Below, piece after piece: positions 37,788-50,050 of a DNA stretch of 64,000 nucleotides (the first letter of the stretch is position 1; every line of letters starts with the position of its first letter). The notes beneath the pieces were generated by a model. That model searched no databases. It saw only the letters and a list, made by a program, of their open reading frames with translations, and was not told where the DNA came from. The translations under genes and the position numbers were made by a program. This DNA is from Octopus sinensis. Lineage: Eukaryota. The stretch spans positions 92,256,001-92,320,000 of the forward strand of contig NC_043005.1 in NCBI RefSeq assembly GCF_006345805.1, given 5' to 3'.

Positions 37788-38336
37788 TTGGGGAAATTTC
37801 GAAACTGGGTTCTCATTCCAAAGGTATTTTTTGATGTTATTATTATTAGCCTGCGCTCTTAACCACTACGCCATATGCTTGTGGGCACATGCCATAGTGT
37901 TTTTAATGGACCAGAAATTCACACACTAATTTGTGATGAGCTTTTTGAAGAAAAATTAAGCTCGATGGAGTAAACTGCTTGGGAAAAATTTGTTTCACTT
38001 GTAAAAAATTTTTGAGGAAATGGAAAATCATCCAACTACATTGCAATTGAGAAAATTATTTTTTGAAAGCGTATAAGCAACTTGGGGCAAGAATGTCTCT
38101 AAAATTAATTTCCTCTACTCTCATCTTGACTTTTTTTCCACTCAACATGGGTGATGTAACCGATGAGCTTGATGAACGATTCCATCAAGAAATCAAAGAG
38201 CTAGAAAGCTGCTACAGTGGCAGACTTACACCAAACATGCTGACGGACTACTGCTGGTTTCTAAAACGAGAAACAAACATGCAACATAAGCGTAAAAGAA
38301 GATGCCAAAGCTATTTTTGAAAAACATAAAATTAAT

Positions 38337-38831
38337 ATTGTTGTATTTCGGAATGGTCATTTTGCCAGTTTAGCCAATAAAAACACACACACTATATATT
38401 TGGTGTTATTTTGATTCAGTGTTATTTATTTTTTACATTAATCTTAATCTTATTTCGGCCAGAGTTCTTTCATCTCACTCTTGTGACCGCATCAGTGGTC
38501 CTTTGTTTTCTTCTTTCTTATTTGTGTGTCTCTCCTTACTAACCGTCACCCATTTTGTATTTCTATTGTATGTGTCTTCATTTGCGCATGCATATATCTC
38601 TATGTGCGTCTATGTTTAGTTAGTGTGTATGTGTGTGGGGGGGGAGAATGCCTGTAATATTTGTATCTTCTGTTTATATACGTTCGTGTAATTTGTTTTT
38701 GTTTATTCTTTTTTTTCTTTTTTTTTATTTTGTTCATGTTTACATCCACTTATTATTATTATTATTATGATTATTATTATCATTATTATTATTATTACAT
38801 ATGCTTGTATGTATGTATAACAACAATACTA

Positions 38832-38873
<42 letters not shown>

Positions 38874-39518
38874 TATTTTTTTTTATTTTTTAATTTAAAA
38901 ATGTTTTTTAAATCTTTTAAATTTAAAAAAAAGCAAAAAAAACCTATATTGTTATTTATTTCTATTTGTTTATTTATCTGTGTATTTTATTTATTATGTT
39001 TTCGGTTTTGTTTATATTGTAACCAGTTTATGGGGGTCCTCTTCTGTCATATGTTGTGGTGTGTGCTAGTGTTCCATTCCAGTTTCCTATTCAGGCTAGG
39101 TTTATCTTCTATTATGTGTGTAGCTTCCGTAATTTGTCTGATTGTTGCATCTGTTCTATGTGTGGACACGATTTTAACCTCTATGTTGTTGATTGATCCT
39201 CCATGTTCCTGCTCGGTGTGTTAGTACAGAATCGATGAGCTCTTTCCTTCCTTAAGTTCTCTCCAATGTTCATTTACACATACAATAGAAATACAAATAC
39301 AAAATGGCTGACGGTTAGTAAGGAGAGACACAAATAAGAAAGAAGAAAGCAAAGGACCACTGATGCGGTCACAGGAGTGTGACGAAAGAACTCTGGCCGA
39401 AATAAGATTAAGATTAATGTAAAAAATAAATAACACTGAAGCAAAGTAACACCAAATATATAGTGTGTGTGTTTTTATTGGCTAGACTGGCAAAATGACC
39501 ATTCCGAAATACAACAAT
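38337..39518 (-). mobile_element. 5'-truncated Penelope-like element: GIY-YIG C-terminus flanked by an inverted pair of ~240-bp pseudo-LTRs
   Basis: Arms 38337-~38574 and ~39278-39518; minus translation 39280-39075 VNEHW...HTEQEHGG...IRQITEATHIIEDKPSLNRKLEW. Confidence 0.8.
39355..39398 (+). ncRNA. Hammerhead-like motif with non-canonical core (CCA-CUGAUGC-G-GUCACA-ggag-UGUGAC-GAAA-GAAC-UC-UGG)
   Basis: Perfect 6-bp stem II, GAAA and UC; A9 is replaced; a second copy is at ~38455-38500 on the minus strand. Confidence 0.45.
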
Positions 39519-39585
39519 GTCTGTTTCAATACATGACTTCACATAAAAAATCTTGCACAACAAATATATAAATATAAATGTAATA

Positions 39586-40853
39586 CGAGGGACGTTCAAT
39601 AAGTAATGCCCCTGACCCACTTGCAATTGTTTGATCTAGCTGAGATTTTGCATGTGCACTTATTTATACCTCTATAGATTAAGTGGCGAATTACAGCTCT
39701 GAACTAATTGTGGTTTCTGATTTACAGGTGTTTGAACTGAGTCAAGTGTGAAATGGAGCATGTTGAGTGTCGAGCAGTGATCTGGTTTTTGTATTTGAAA
39801 GGACGCACACCACGGGAGACTTTTGATGAAATGAAAGTAACTTATGGTGATGATGCCCCATCATATGACCTTGTAAAACGCTGGCATTGTGAATTCAATC
39901 ATAGTCGGAACTCTGTGGAAACAGCTCTCAGATCTGGTCGCCCCCTTCTGCCGTTGATGAGACGTTTGTCCGTCAAGTTGAGGCTGCCATTTTGGAAGGT
40001 CAACGCATAACTATTCGCCAAATAGCCCATAAGGTCAAGATTAGTACCGGGTCTGTGGAAACTATCATTCATGACCATTTGCATATGCAAAAGGTGTCTG
40101 CCAGATGGATTTCCAGGTTGCTCACACCTTTCCAGAAGCAAGAACGCATTAAGTGCTCAAGGATGAATTTGGAGATGTGCCAAGAAGTTGAGTCAAAATT
40201 TTTCAAAAGACTGATCACACAGGATAAAACCTGGGTCCATCACTATGATCCATAGACCAAAGCCCAGTCAATGCAGTGAAAGCACCGTGACTCACCTCCT
40301 CCAAAGAAGGCAAGGGTGCAGCCCTCCACTGACAAGGTTATGCTCACAGTCTTCTGGGACCAGACGGAGTAGTGATGACAGATTTCCTGGCAAAGGGTAC
40401 CACAATTACAGGAGCCTATTATGCTTCACTTTTGAGGAAATTAAGAGAAGCTATCAAAATCAAGAGGCGGGGCAAGATCAGCAAAGGCATCCTCCTCCTG
40501 CAGGACAACGCTCCGGTCCACAACTCGCGTGTTGCCAGATCAGAAGCACAGGCGTGCAGCTATGAACTCCTCCCCTTGCACCCTCTGATTTTCACCTCTT
40601 CCCAGCCATGAAGTTGATTTTGAAAGGAAAGCATTTCCCAGATGATGCAGCCTTGATTTCTGAAGTCACGTCGTGGTTGGAGGACACAGCTGGGGTCTTC
40701 TACAAAAACGGTTTCCAGAGCTGTATCAAACGATGGGAAAATGCATAACTCTGGGTAGTTCCTATGTAGGAAAAGACTAATAACTGTGCCAAGTGTCGTT
40801 GCTCTACTGCTATGGGAAGTGGGTCTGGGGCATTACTTATTGAACGCGCCTCG
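39586..40853 (+). mobile_element. Full-length mariner transposon with broken transposase
   Basis: TIR cgaggg.cgttcaataagtaatgcccc, TA TSDs; ORFs 39753-40010 (HTH), 39992-40255 (DKTWVHHYDP), 40372-40611 (LLQDNAPVH). Confidence 0.95.
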
Positions 40854-41161
40854 TAAAATTAATAATATTCACTTAACACTTTTGTTTGGTGCTTTATTGG
40901 TTTTAGAGCTACTTGTCCACATATTGGCTATTGTTCTTATACCAAATAACGGTAATTTACACTTAACATAACATTCCTTTTTTTATCGTGAATTTTCACA
41001 TGATTGTAATTATGATAGAAGTATAATAATGATGGCGCAAAAATGTGACGTGCTAGAGCAAAAATGATTGCACATTCAGAATCACTGCTCTCAAATTACC
41101 TATAAGTGCCATTTCGTCTAATAGTAGCAAAAATTGCATTGCTGAGTGTTATCATTGTGTA

Positions 41162-41196
<35 letters not shown>

Positions 41197-42719
41197 CTCT
41201 ACTGTACCATATTTTTTATTAGATAAATCAAGAAACTAAGTTGCTTAAAATTAATTAACATCATAGCGGGCAAAAATCTTACATCAAAAATGGATAAAAA
41301 TTTTAAATACTTTCGTCATATCTCTTGTTCTTGTTAATCTTCAGTTTAATCCTAATCAAGTAGACCTATAGTCCAAAGCACTCCAGCCATGATCAGTCCA
41401 TCTTATTTTTGGTTATAGTGCATCAGACTACATTATCCATTGATATGTTCATCCATTTAAAAGAGAAAAAGAAAAGGACAGTAAAATTTTATTTGAAAGA
41501 GATTTGGTGGTTACAGCTAGCTGGTTGAGTAACAATGCAGGGGCAAAGTTTGCCCATTGGATGAAAAAAAATATTGAATTTTTCATGAATTTGCTTGTCA
41601 TCTTTCTATCAGGTCATCCCATAAGTTCTGTCTGATTTTACCTTTTTTAAAATTGAATGAAATTTAATAGTATTTTAGAATGTCTAATGGAATTAAAAAT
41701 TATTTTTATGCATTTGTGTACATTTAAACTAATTAAATATTATTTTACAGAATAATAGAATTAAAATTTCTTTGATTAAACTCTTTCAACATGGAAATAT
41801 CCAAAGATACTTGAAGCGCTCACACATCCAGCACTCACAGCTTCCCCAATCGAAAAGGGTGCAATCGTCCCCCGCCCGTGCACACCCTTCCTCTTCTGGT
41901 CAGCTCCCCATCCACTGATGTCATTCCACATTCTCAGCATTGGAAGCTCTCCTGGCTGCTGTTTGGTCTGGGTTTTCATTTGCACAAAACTTTCTTTTCC
42001 TTGCTGCAGCCTAGGCTCTTTTGATTGCAATCTGATCCTCTGTTGGCAGAAATTTATTTTTACGAGGCATACTACTGCCATATGTGATAGGCAACAATAA
42101 ACTACAAAAGAACTGATCACTGCATTTAAGTATTACATTAATATTTAAGCCTACCTTTTAAAAGTTCAATGATAATTCTTTTGCCACCACTTAATTTAAA
42201 GACAATTTGATGTATGTAGGTCCTTACTTTTCATACAAATAATTATTTCTATTTCATGGGTGACTTTTGCTAGATTTCACAATTTATTTCAATTATTCCC
42301 AAATTTATTTCAAAGTTATAAAAATTGTTACTAATGCTAATAGCTTCATAGTTATGTACATACATACCTGTAGTGTGTGTCACACTTAGTGGAAAGGAAG
42401 AGCTAAAAAAAAGAGAAATGAAACTTCTTAAACAGAAGAAGTATATATAGTTGAAGTAAGAGGCAAAGCATCAAAGAATAGGAAGTAAGATAGAGTGAGA
42501 GTGAGAGAGAGAGAGAGGACATTGATAACGCTGAGAGGTAAGAGAAATATACTGCATTAAACGCAGGAGAAAGGTTAGAGACAAGGAGACATAGAGGAGG
42601 GAAGGTGAAGAGAGAAAGATATATAGAGAGAGAGATTGAGTGAATGAACGGAGTGGAGAGAGAATGAGAGTGAAAGAGAATGAAGCTATTCTCAGAGAGA
42701 AACAGCTGGAAAACTTTTT

Positions 42720-43310
42720 GTTTTGGACAAAAGCCATTGTCACAGTTATTCTATGCCATTTGAAAGGTATTTGTATAAAATTTCATTAAAAAATACCAAT
42801 TTTCCTGAAAGTTATGAGGCAGAAAATGTCAGGTCATGTGAATTTTCTGAAACTCCTCGCCCTAGCCCCTCAGAAAAAATTTTTCCAACAAATCTTAACA
42901 TTCACTCAATCAACAGGATCTAAGTGATTATTTATGGAATTTATGAGGCAACAAAGTCAGAGGGGTATAAATCTGTAGTTATGCCCATAATTATTCGATA
43001 GTTATTAAATAAAGTCACTATTTACAGATGCTTACATTTTTTGTTTTCCGTGAAGTCTTCATGGGTCCAGCTAGTGAAAATTGTTATTGTACAAAAAAAT
43101 TTGTTGCAAAAAATCACCAAATACAATTGCAGTAATGAAGACTTAGGAACCCAAAATTTCCAGATTGTGGGCCCTGATTCAGCCCAGAATGTTTCAATTC
43201 ACTCAACGAATCAGCCTGATTCCAAAATGGTGTGATATGTTGGACTATGGCGTCTAGGAATAAAGCGTGACACACTGACATTCACATTTATTATATTAGG
43301 CATGTTTAAT
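42720..43310. mobile_element. Fragment of the same Helitron-like repeat family as 32459-35110, opposite orientation
   Basis: Reverse-complement similarity to the 33490-33850 units. Confidence 0.5.
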
Positions 43311-45879
43311 TCTACATTGTTAATAGGAAAGATAATTCTCTTTTGTGATAGTCCTCAGAATAAAGGACTATAAGAGTGAGGAAGAATAAAGACATATGAA
43401 TTACAAAAAACAAGAGACAGAGGGACTTGGAAGAGCAGCAGAAATGGAAGAGAAGTCTTGCCTTGCTTTGGATCCTTAACTCCTGGTGGAGTCATAGGGA
43501 TACTGTCATGACATTTGGTATGTTTTGTACATTTAAACCCAACAGACCTCTCCCTCTCTGGGTCTAATCATACCTAATTTCTTCCAGACAGAGAGAGATA
43601 AAGAGAAGAAATGACCCCCAGTAATGGTGTGGTGCTTGATTTATCAACTTCAAAGAGGTGAAAGGCAAAGTTGATCTAAGTAAGATTTGAACTCAGAGCA
43701 CAGAGAACTGCAACAAATACCTCAAAACATCTTATGTAATGCTCCGATGACTCTGCAGAGTTAATGTTCAAATGACTTCACCTTATAAACAGAAAAGATA
43801 CAGCACTAAGATAAAAGACATCCAAGGGTTGTCTGATTAGTTTCCATTGCAATCAAGAATGGGCCTTCCTGTAATCATAGGAAACGTGTGATCTAAATTG
43901 TGAAAGCAATCATGGTCCACAGACATATATTTTAACCTTTAGACCAATGACACAGGTATTTTTAGTTAAATGTCCTCTTATCTCTATTTACATGTCCTAT
44001 ACCTTATCCGCAGTAATCTCCTGCCAGAAAGCATTATCTTGGAGAGTAGGTCACACAATACTACAGAAGATTACAAGATAACAGGGAATTTCAAAGAGGA
44101 ATAACAATATACCCAATGCCCTCTTGGGAATGTTTTCACTCATAAACTCCTGTTAAATTAATCTCAATACATCCCCCACTTAGTGTTTTAGCAAATCATT
44201 GCTTCAGATAAGCAACTAACCAAAAACTGTTCAAAATTCAAATATATTTTATCTCCACAGAGAGCTTTGAATCTCTTTGCATAATTAAAATTATTATTTT
44301 TGAGCTGAAAACCTCCCTAAAACTTTATAGCCTATTGAATTTTGAGAGATTCTACCTTCCCAGATCCAGGAAATAGTTTTGTTCTACCATGCCAAATTTC
44401 TTTCAGATAGAGTCCTGACCAATGCTTCATATCTTATCAGTAGAACTATGTTATACCTATGACAAAAACACTAAACCCTAAGTCTGTGGTTATCAACAGG
44501 GGTCTACACAGCCCTTGGGGGTCCATATAAGATTTTGTTGCTAAAATTTATGTCCAAATAAACTGGTTATATTTCTACAATACAGAAAATATTTAAACAT
44601 TTTTTTAATAAAATTCCTAATGATATTTAACCATAAAAATATAATAGGAGTTTTTCAACAAAGAACAGCTATGAGGGTCCCTCCCCCTTAGTAAAATAGG
44701 AGTGAAAAGGGTCCATAGGCAAAAAATGGTTCAGAGCCACTACTCTAAATTAAATCAGGGTTCATTTTGGTCAATATTATGACGTAGATGTACAATGTCA
44801 GGTGTAAAAGAAGTATTACCCAAATAAGTATTTGGAATGTGGTTATCTAGAATAACCTATCACAGAATTATTATGTTCACACAGAACACACTCCATACTA
44901 CTCAAATGTAGATATGATATTAAAGCAACACATGTGGCAACCAGTACGGTTGATTGACACTATCAACTGCAACTGACAGTTCACGCAGCTCTTTATTTAT
45001 TCAAATCCATTCAGTCTACTTTCAGACATGTGGCAGTGTACAGGATTCTCCCATAACAGTCTATGTTCAAATGACTCTACCAATGGGCAGAGTCAAAATG
45101 ACCTGCAGTATTTGTTCTAGCCCTCAATACTTTGAATTCATAGTTCTCTGAGGTCAACTTTGCTTTTCATTCTTTCAGTCCAGTTTAATGGATTGGGGGA
45201 ATTGCTAACGCATTGGATGAGATGCCTTGTGGTATTTATTTTTTTGCATTTTTACATTCTCAATTCTCAAATGGTAGTCATTGCTTTGTTTAACACCACT
45301 ACCAGGTTCTTGAGAGCTGTTTACAGATTTCACTCAGTTGCAAACTTTCAGATCAGGTCATTTCTCCAAGTCTGAGGGTAACTTTCTCTCTTTCTCTCAC
45401 CACTCTTAGAAACCACCACCATCACTGTAGTCACTGTCATCGTCGTCATCATGTCCACTTTGCCTTGCTTACATAGGGTGGATGGAATTTTGACGAGGCA
45501 GATTTTCTACTGTCTGATACCATTTCTGTCACCAACCCTCACCTGTTTCCAAGAATTAGACTTGTCTGACAAGTGATTGCATCTGAGATTGTGTGCTGAA
45601 ACTTTTATAGCATGGAAAGAGTAGTGTAACTAGAGTGAGTGCCATGTCCAGGTCAGCCCTTGAGTTTACCCCCACTTCTCTGGGCTCCCAAGACTATACA
45701 GGCTTGCATAGCAGATCCAAAAGTATTTCTCCCATAAAAGCTTTGTGCAGGGTGGATCCCCACCCCAAGCTGCAGTTAAATGACTGAAACAAGTAAAAGA
45801 ATAAAAGAACAATATATATATATACACAGATTAAAAAAGAATTTTGTTGAAGTAATTATCCCCACATGGTGAGTTGTAA

Positions 45880-46860
45880 TCTCAAGAAACAATAAAACAC
45901 TAAGGGGAAACAAAATAAGACCCCACACCTCATCTAACCCTATATATCAACTCACAACCCAAGAAACAATGAGACATACAACAGCATTGTTTGAAATCTA
46001 CCAATGCTCACTAGGGATCCAAAGATGAACCTCATTCTACAAACACACAAATTCATCAAATGTAAAAAACAACCCAAATCAATGAAAAGACTACTGATAA
46101 ATGCAAAGCTGTATACAACAATGAAATTAAAAGTTAAAAAATGTTGATGTCCAAATTGTGGAACATGCCCCAAACTACTGGAAGTTTCAGAATTCAACTT
46201 CAAACAAGGAGAGAGATTTACAATTAAGACCAATTTCACTTGTGCATCTGAGAACTTAATTTATGTTATAACTTCTTCAGGTTGTAAACACAACTATATA
46301 GGCCAAACAAGTATGCCACTTAAATAGAGAACTACACTGCATGAGGAACAGATCTGTGTCCCAAGGTATAGACAGATACCTTTGAGTGAACACAATGTGC
46401 AGGGAATCTCCAACCAAACTTCATGGCTTTCTCCATCTATCAGTGCAAAGTAACAATTTCTGTACCAGAACGATTAAATAAAGAAAATATATTTATTAAT
46501 AAATACAAAACAAACCTGAATATGAATGCACAACCAATTTTGGTTTCAGTAACTATTTTAATTCATGACTGCAAATCCAAAACTGTAGATATTTCATCTC
46601 ACTGCTTTAACTCACGAGTTTATGTAAATTTATTCTACCCATAAAGTGTAACCAACTAAATAATGGGCAATTATCTTGCCTGTCCTGAATAACAAACACC
46701 AATTACCTCCCTTTATATTTTTTACGTGCTGATTCATTTACAAACTCTTATACAACATGGACTAAAAACTTCTTAAGAAAATACGAAATTGTATTAATTT
46801 CAATGACATGCTCAGTGAAACTCAAAACCGGTCAAATACCACAATACTTTAGCATTTAAA
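45880..46860 (+). mobile_element. Penelope-like element 3' fragment with GIY-YIG endonuclease and 3' region
   Basis: Translation CPNCGTC...FTCASENLIYVIT..GCKHNYIGQT...RTTLHEEQI...ERLNKENIFINKYKTNLN. Confidence 0.85.
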
Positions 46861-46918
46861 ATATATTAAAATTATGTAAACTGTGTGCATTTTCCTTCTT
46901 TTATTATACGTATATATA

Positions 46919-46973
<55 letters not shown>

Positions 46974-46974
46974 A

Positions 46975-47335
46975 TATATTATAAAAATCCGTTCAGTCTG
47001 TCTGTCTGTCTGTTTTCTAAGATCTCGGGCATCCTCCATCCAATTGCGCTCAAATTTGATATGTAGATACTGACGGTATCAGGGAGAGAATTTGCTTAGA
47101 TGAAATAAGTCTTGAAAAAATTACAAAAATCGATTCCAGGTGAGAAGTTTGATCGATAAAGCCATGGTAACGTGCATTTGTACGTACAAGTACATCAGCT
47201 GTTGCGATTGATACTACGCATATGTGAGAAAAATGCACATGGAGTTTGCACAAGAAAAGCTGGCTGGCTTGAAATAATGCCACTAACATCCCGTAAAGTA
47301 AGTTAGCTTAAAATTAGTTACTTAGTTCCCTAGAT
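46975..47335 (+). mobile_element. Non-autonomous Helitron/HINE-like element
   Basis: 5' atccgttcag(tctg)n microsatellite head and a 3' CTAG; class is inferred. Confidence 0.5.
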
Positions 47336-47899
47336 TGTTGCTTTTCATCAAAAATCGCCCCAAGTTGATTTCCTACATGTTTTATTGGATAAACTTATTA
47401 TGTTCTCATAAATTCATTATGCTTTTCCATCTAGATTTACCTCCAGCTAACCCATTTGCATGCATCATTTTTGTCCTGCTTTTCTCCTATCAACCTGTAC
47501 ATAACTGCACCTTCCATTTTTTGTTGCTTTTGTACTGCTTAAAGGCATGTTTCTTTCCTGCCAAGCTCACTGTTTAAACCGTGTTTGTGTTCTCCCAGTC
47601 AATAACCTTATCATTACTGGTACTTTAAACTCTTCGGTTGCCTATTTGTGTGAATAAAATCGTTTTTCTTTGGAATAGAAAAAAAGTCTATCTTTATTTC
47701 TTCTTTTGCTGGTGTCTCAAATTTAGGTTAAATCAGTGTTTCTCAAAGGGGAGGCCTATGGGACGGTCAGACAAGTTGTTTTGAGAAAATTTGGCTTAAA
47801 TGTTTGACAACTCAGCACCGTCCATTGGACAGAGGTGGAGGGGGGCGTTTTGCTCGTACACACACACACACACACATATATATATTGAGATGCTTAAAC

Positions 47900-50050
47900 A
47901 GCTGGCTATGTGGGCTATGGCCTAGTCACCCGCATTGTAAACCAGGTAGTTCATAATGGAGTCATACCCAATGACTGGCGTAGCAGCACCATAGTCAATG
48001 CTACAAGGGTAAGGGTGATGCTCTAGATAGAAATAACTACAGGGGTATCAAACTGTTGGATCAGGTGATGAAGGTCACAGAGAGGGTCATAACCCATCTC
48101 ATTAGGGAGAGAATTTGCTTAGATGAAATGCAGTTCATTTTTGTGCCGGGTAGAAGCACCACTGATGCTATATTCCTGGTCCGACAACTGCAGGAGAAGT
48201 ACCTAGCTAAAGATAAACCCCTCTACATAGCTTTTGTGAACTTGGAGAAAGCCTTTGACAGGGTTCCCCGTTCCCTTATCTGGTGGTTGATGCGGAAACT
48301 GGAGATTGATGAATGGCTAATAAGGGCTGTACAGGCTCTATACAGAGAAGCTGTCAGCAAGGTTAGGATTGGCAACGAATATAGTGAAGAATTCCGGGTA
48401 GAAGTAGGTGTGCACCAAGGCTCAGCCCTCAGTCCCCTTTTATTCGTCATAGTCCTCCAGGCAATAACAGAGGAATTCAAAACAGGATGCCCTTGGGAGC
48501 TCCTCTATGCTGATGACCTGGCTCTCATAGCAGAATCACTACCAGAACTAGAAAAGAAATTTTGGGTGTGGAAGCAAGGGTTAGAATCAAAGGGCCTTAG
48601 AGTAAATGTAGCAAAGACCAAAGTTATAGTAAGCAGAAAGGCAAACTCAGCACACACCCCATCGGGCAGGTGGCCCTGCTCGATCTGTAGGAAAGGTGTA
48701 GGTAGAAACTCCATAAGATGCACCCAGTGTAAGCTATGGACGCACAAGAGGTGCAGCAACATTAAAGGGAAATTAATAGATAAGATAGCTTTCATGTGCG
48801 GCAGATGCACAGGGACAATAGACACCACAGACACTCAGAAAACAGATTCCATCACACTCCAGGGAGAGAAACTAGAAGTAGTTGATAGTTTCCGCTACCT
48901 GGGTGACCAAGTTAGTAGTGGAGGTGGATGCACAGAGAGTATCACCACTAGAATACGAATAGCCTGGGCAAAGTTCAGAAAGCTCCTACCCCTACTGGCG
49001 ACAAAGGGTCTCTCCCTCAGAGTGAAAGGTAGATTGTATGATGCATGTGTGCGAACTGCCATGCTTCACGGTAGTGAAACATGGGCTGTGACTTCAGAGG
49101 ACATGCGTAGACTTGAAAGAAATGAAGCTAGCATGATCCGCTGGATGTGTAATGTCAGTGTGCACGCATGACAGAGTGTAAGCACTCTGAGAGAAATGCT
49201 GGATATAAGAAGCATCAGATGTGGTGTGCAAGAGTGACGCTTGCGATGGTATGGTCATGTGCTGCGGATGGATGAGGAGAGATGTGTGAAGAAGTGCCAC
49301 TCCCAAACAGTTGAAGGTATCAGGAGGAGAGGTAGACCCGGGAAGACATGGGATGAGGTAGTCAAGCATGACCTCAGAGCGTTGGGCCTCACTGAGGCAA
49401 TGGCGAAGGACCGAGATCTCTGGAGATATGCTGTGACTGCAAAGACCCGGGCTGCTTCCTGCATCAGTCCCGCATAGCCCCTGCCCATTCAAAGTACCCC
49501 GGATGCCAGAACGTCCCGCTGTGCTTGAGGAGACCTGTTGAGTCAAGTACATGAACATGAACGTCGAAATAAATATCAATGGAAATAGTAGTTGTGATGC
49601 CTGTGCCGGTGGCACATAAAAAGCACTATCCGAACGTGGCCGATGCCAGCACCGCCCCGACTGGCTTCTGTGCCAGTGGCACATAAAATGCACCATCCGA
49701 ACGTGGCCAATGCCAGCGCCGCCCCGACTGGCTCCTGTGCCGGTGGCACATAAAAAGACCATCCGAACGTTGCCAGCGCCGCCTTGGCTGGCTTCCATGC
49801 CGCTGGCACGTTAAAAGCTCCAACCGATCATGACCGATGCCGGACTCCCCCCTGGCACCTGTGCAGGTGGCATGTAAAAAGCACCCATTACACTCGCGGA
49901 GTGGTTGGCGTTAGGAAGGGCATCCAGCCGTAGAAACTCTGCCAGATCAGGCTGGAGCCTAGAGCAGCCCCTGGCTTCCCAGACCCCGGTCGAACCGTCC
50001 AACCCGTGCTAGCGCGGAAAATGGACGTTAAACAATGATGATGATGATGA
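47900..50050 (+). mobile_element. RTE LINE 3' half: RT ORF plus 3'UTR with ~60-67-bp tandem units and (ATG)n tail
   Basis: ORF 48056-49171 and its stop-interrupted continuation 49241-49477. Confidence 0.95.
48056..49171 (+). CDS. RTE reverse transcriptase fragment with an inserted PHD-type zinc finger
   Basis: GRSTTDAIF, AFVNLEKAFDRVP, GVHQGSALSPLLF, LLYADDL, FRYLGD; C4HC3 finger at 48677-48808. Confidence 0.9.
   Translation: MDQVMKVTERVITHLIRERICLDEMQFIFVPGRSTTDAIFLVRQLQEKYLAKDKPLYIAFVNLEKAFDRVPRSLIWWLMRKLEIDEWLIRAVQALYREAVSKVRIGNEYSEEFRVEVGVHQGSALSPLLFVIVLQAITEEFKTGCPWELLYADDLALIAESLPELEKKFWVWKQGLESKGLRVNVAKTKVIVSRKANSAHTPSGRWPCSICRKGVGRNSIRCTQCKLWTHKRCSNIKGKLIDKIAFMCGRCTGTIDTTDTQKTDSITLQGEKLEVVDSFRYLGDQVSSGGGCTESITTRIRIAWAKFRKLLPLLATKGLSLRVKGRLYDACVRTAMLHGSETWAVTSEDMRRLERNEASMIRWMCNVSVHA

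Larger units (their letters stand above)
37880..41107 (+). mobile_element. Decayed Chapaev3-like DNA transposon hosting nested Penelope and mariner insertions
   Basis: ORF 38063-38320: YKQLGARMSLK...DELDERFHQEIKELE..Y.G....MLTDYCW; the superfamily name is recalled, not verified, and the boundaries are approximate. Confidence 0.55.

Noticed and set aside
38661-39224. 187-aa hydrophobic plus-strand ORF
   Set aside because: Built from (ATT)/(AAT) microsatellites and the antisense of a Penelope fragment
43330-43520. Exon-like purine-rich segment ending TTTG|gtatgt
   Set aside because: All three frames contain stops; no recognisable product
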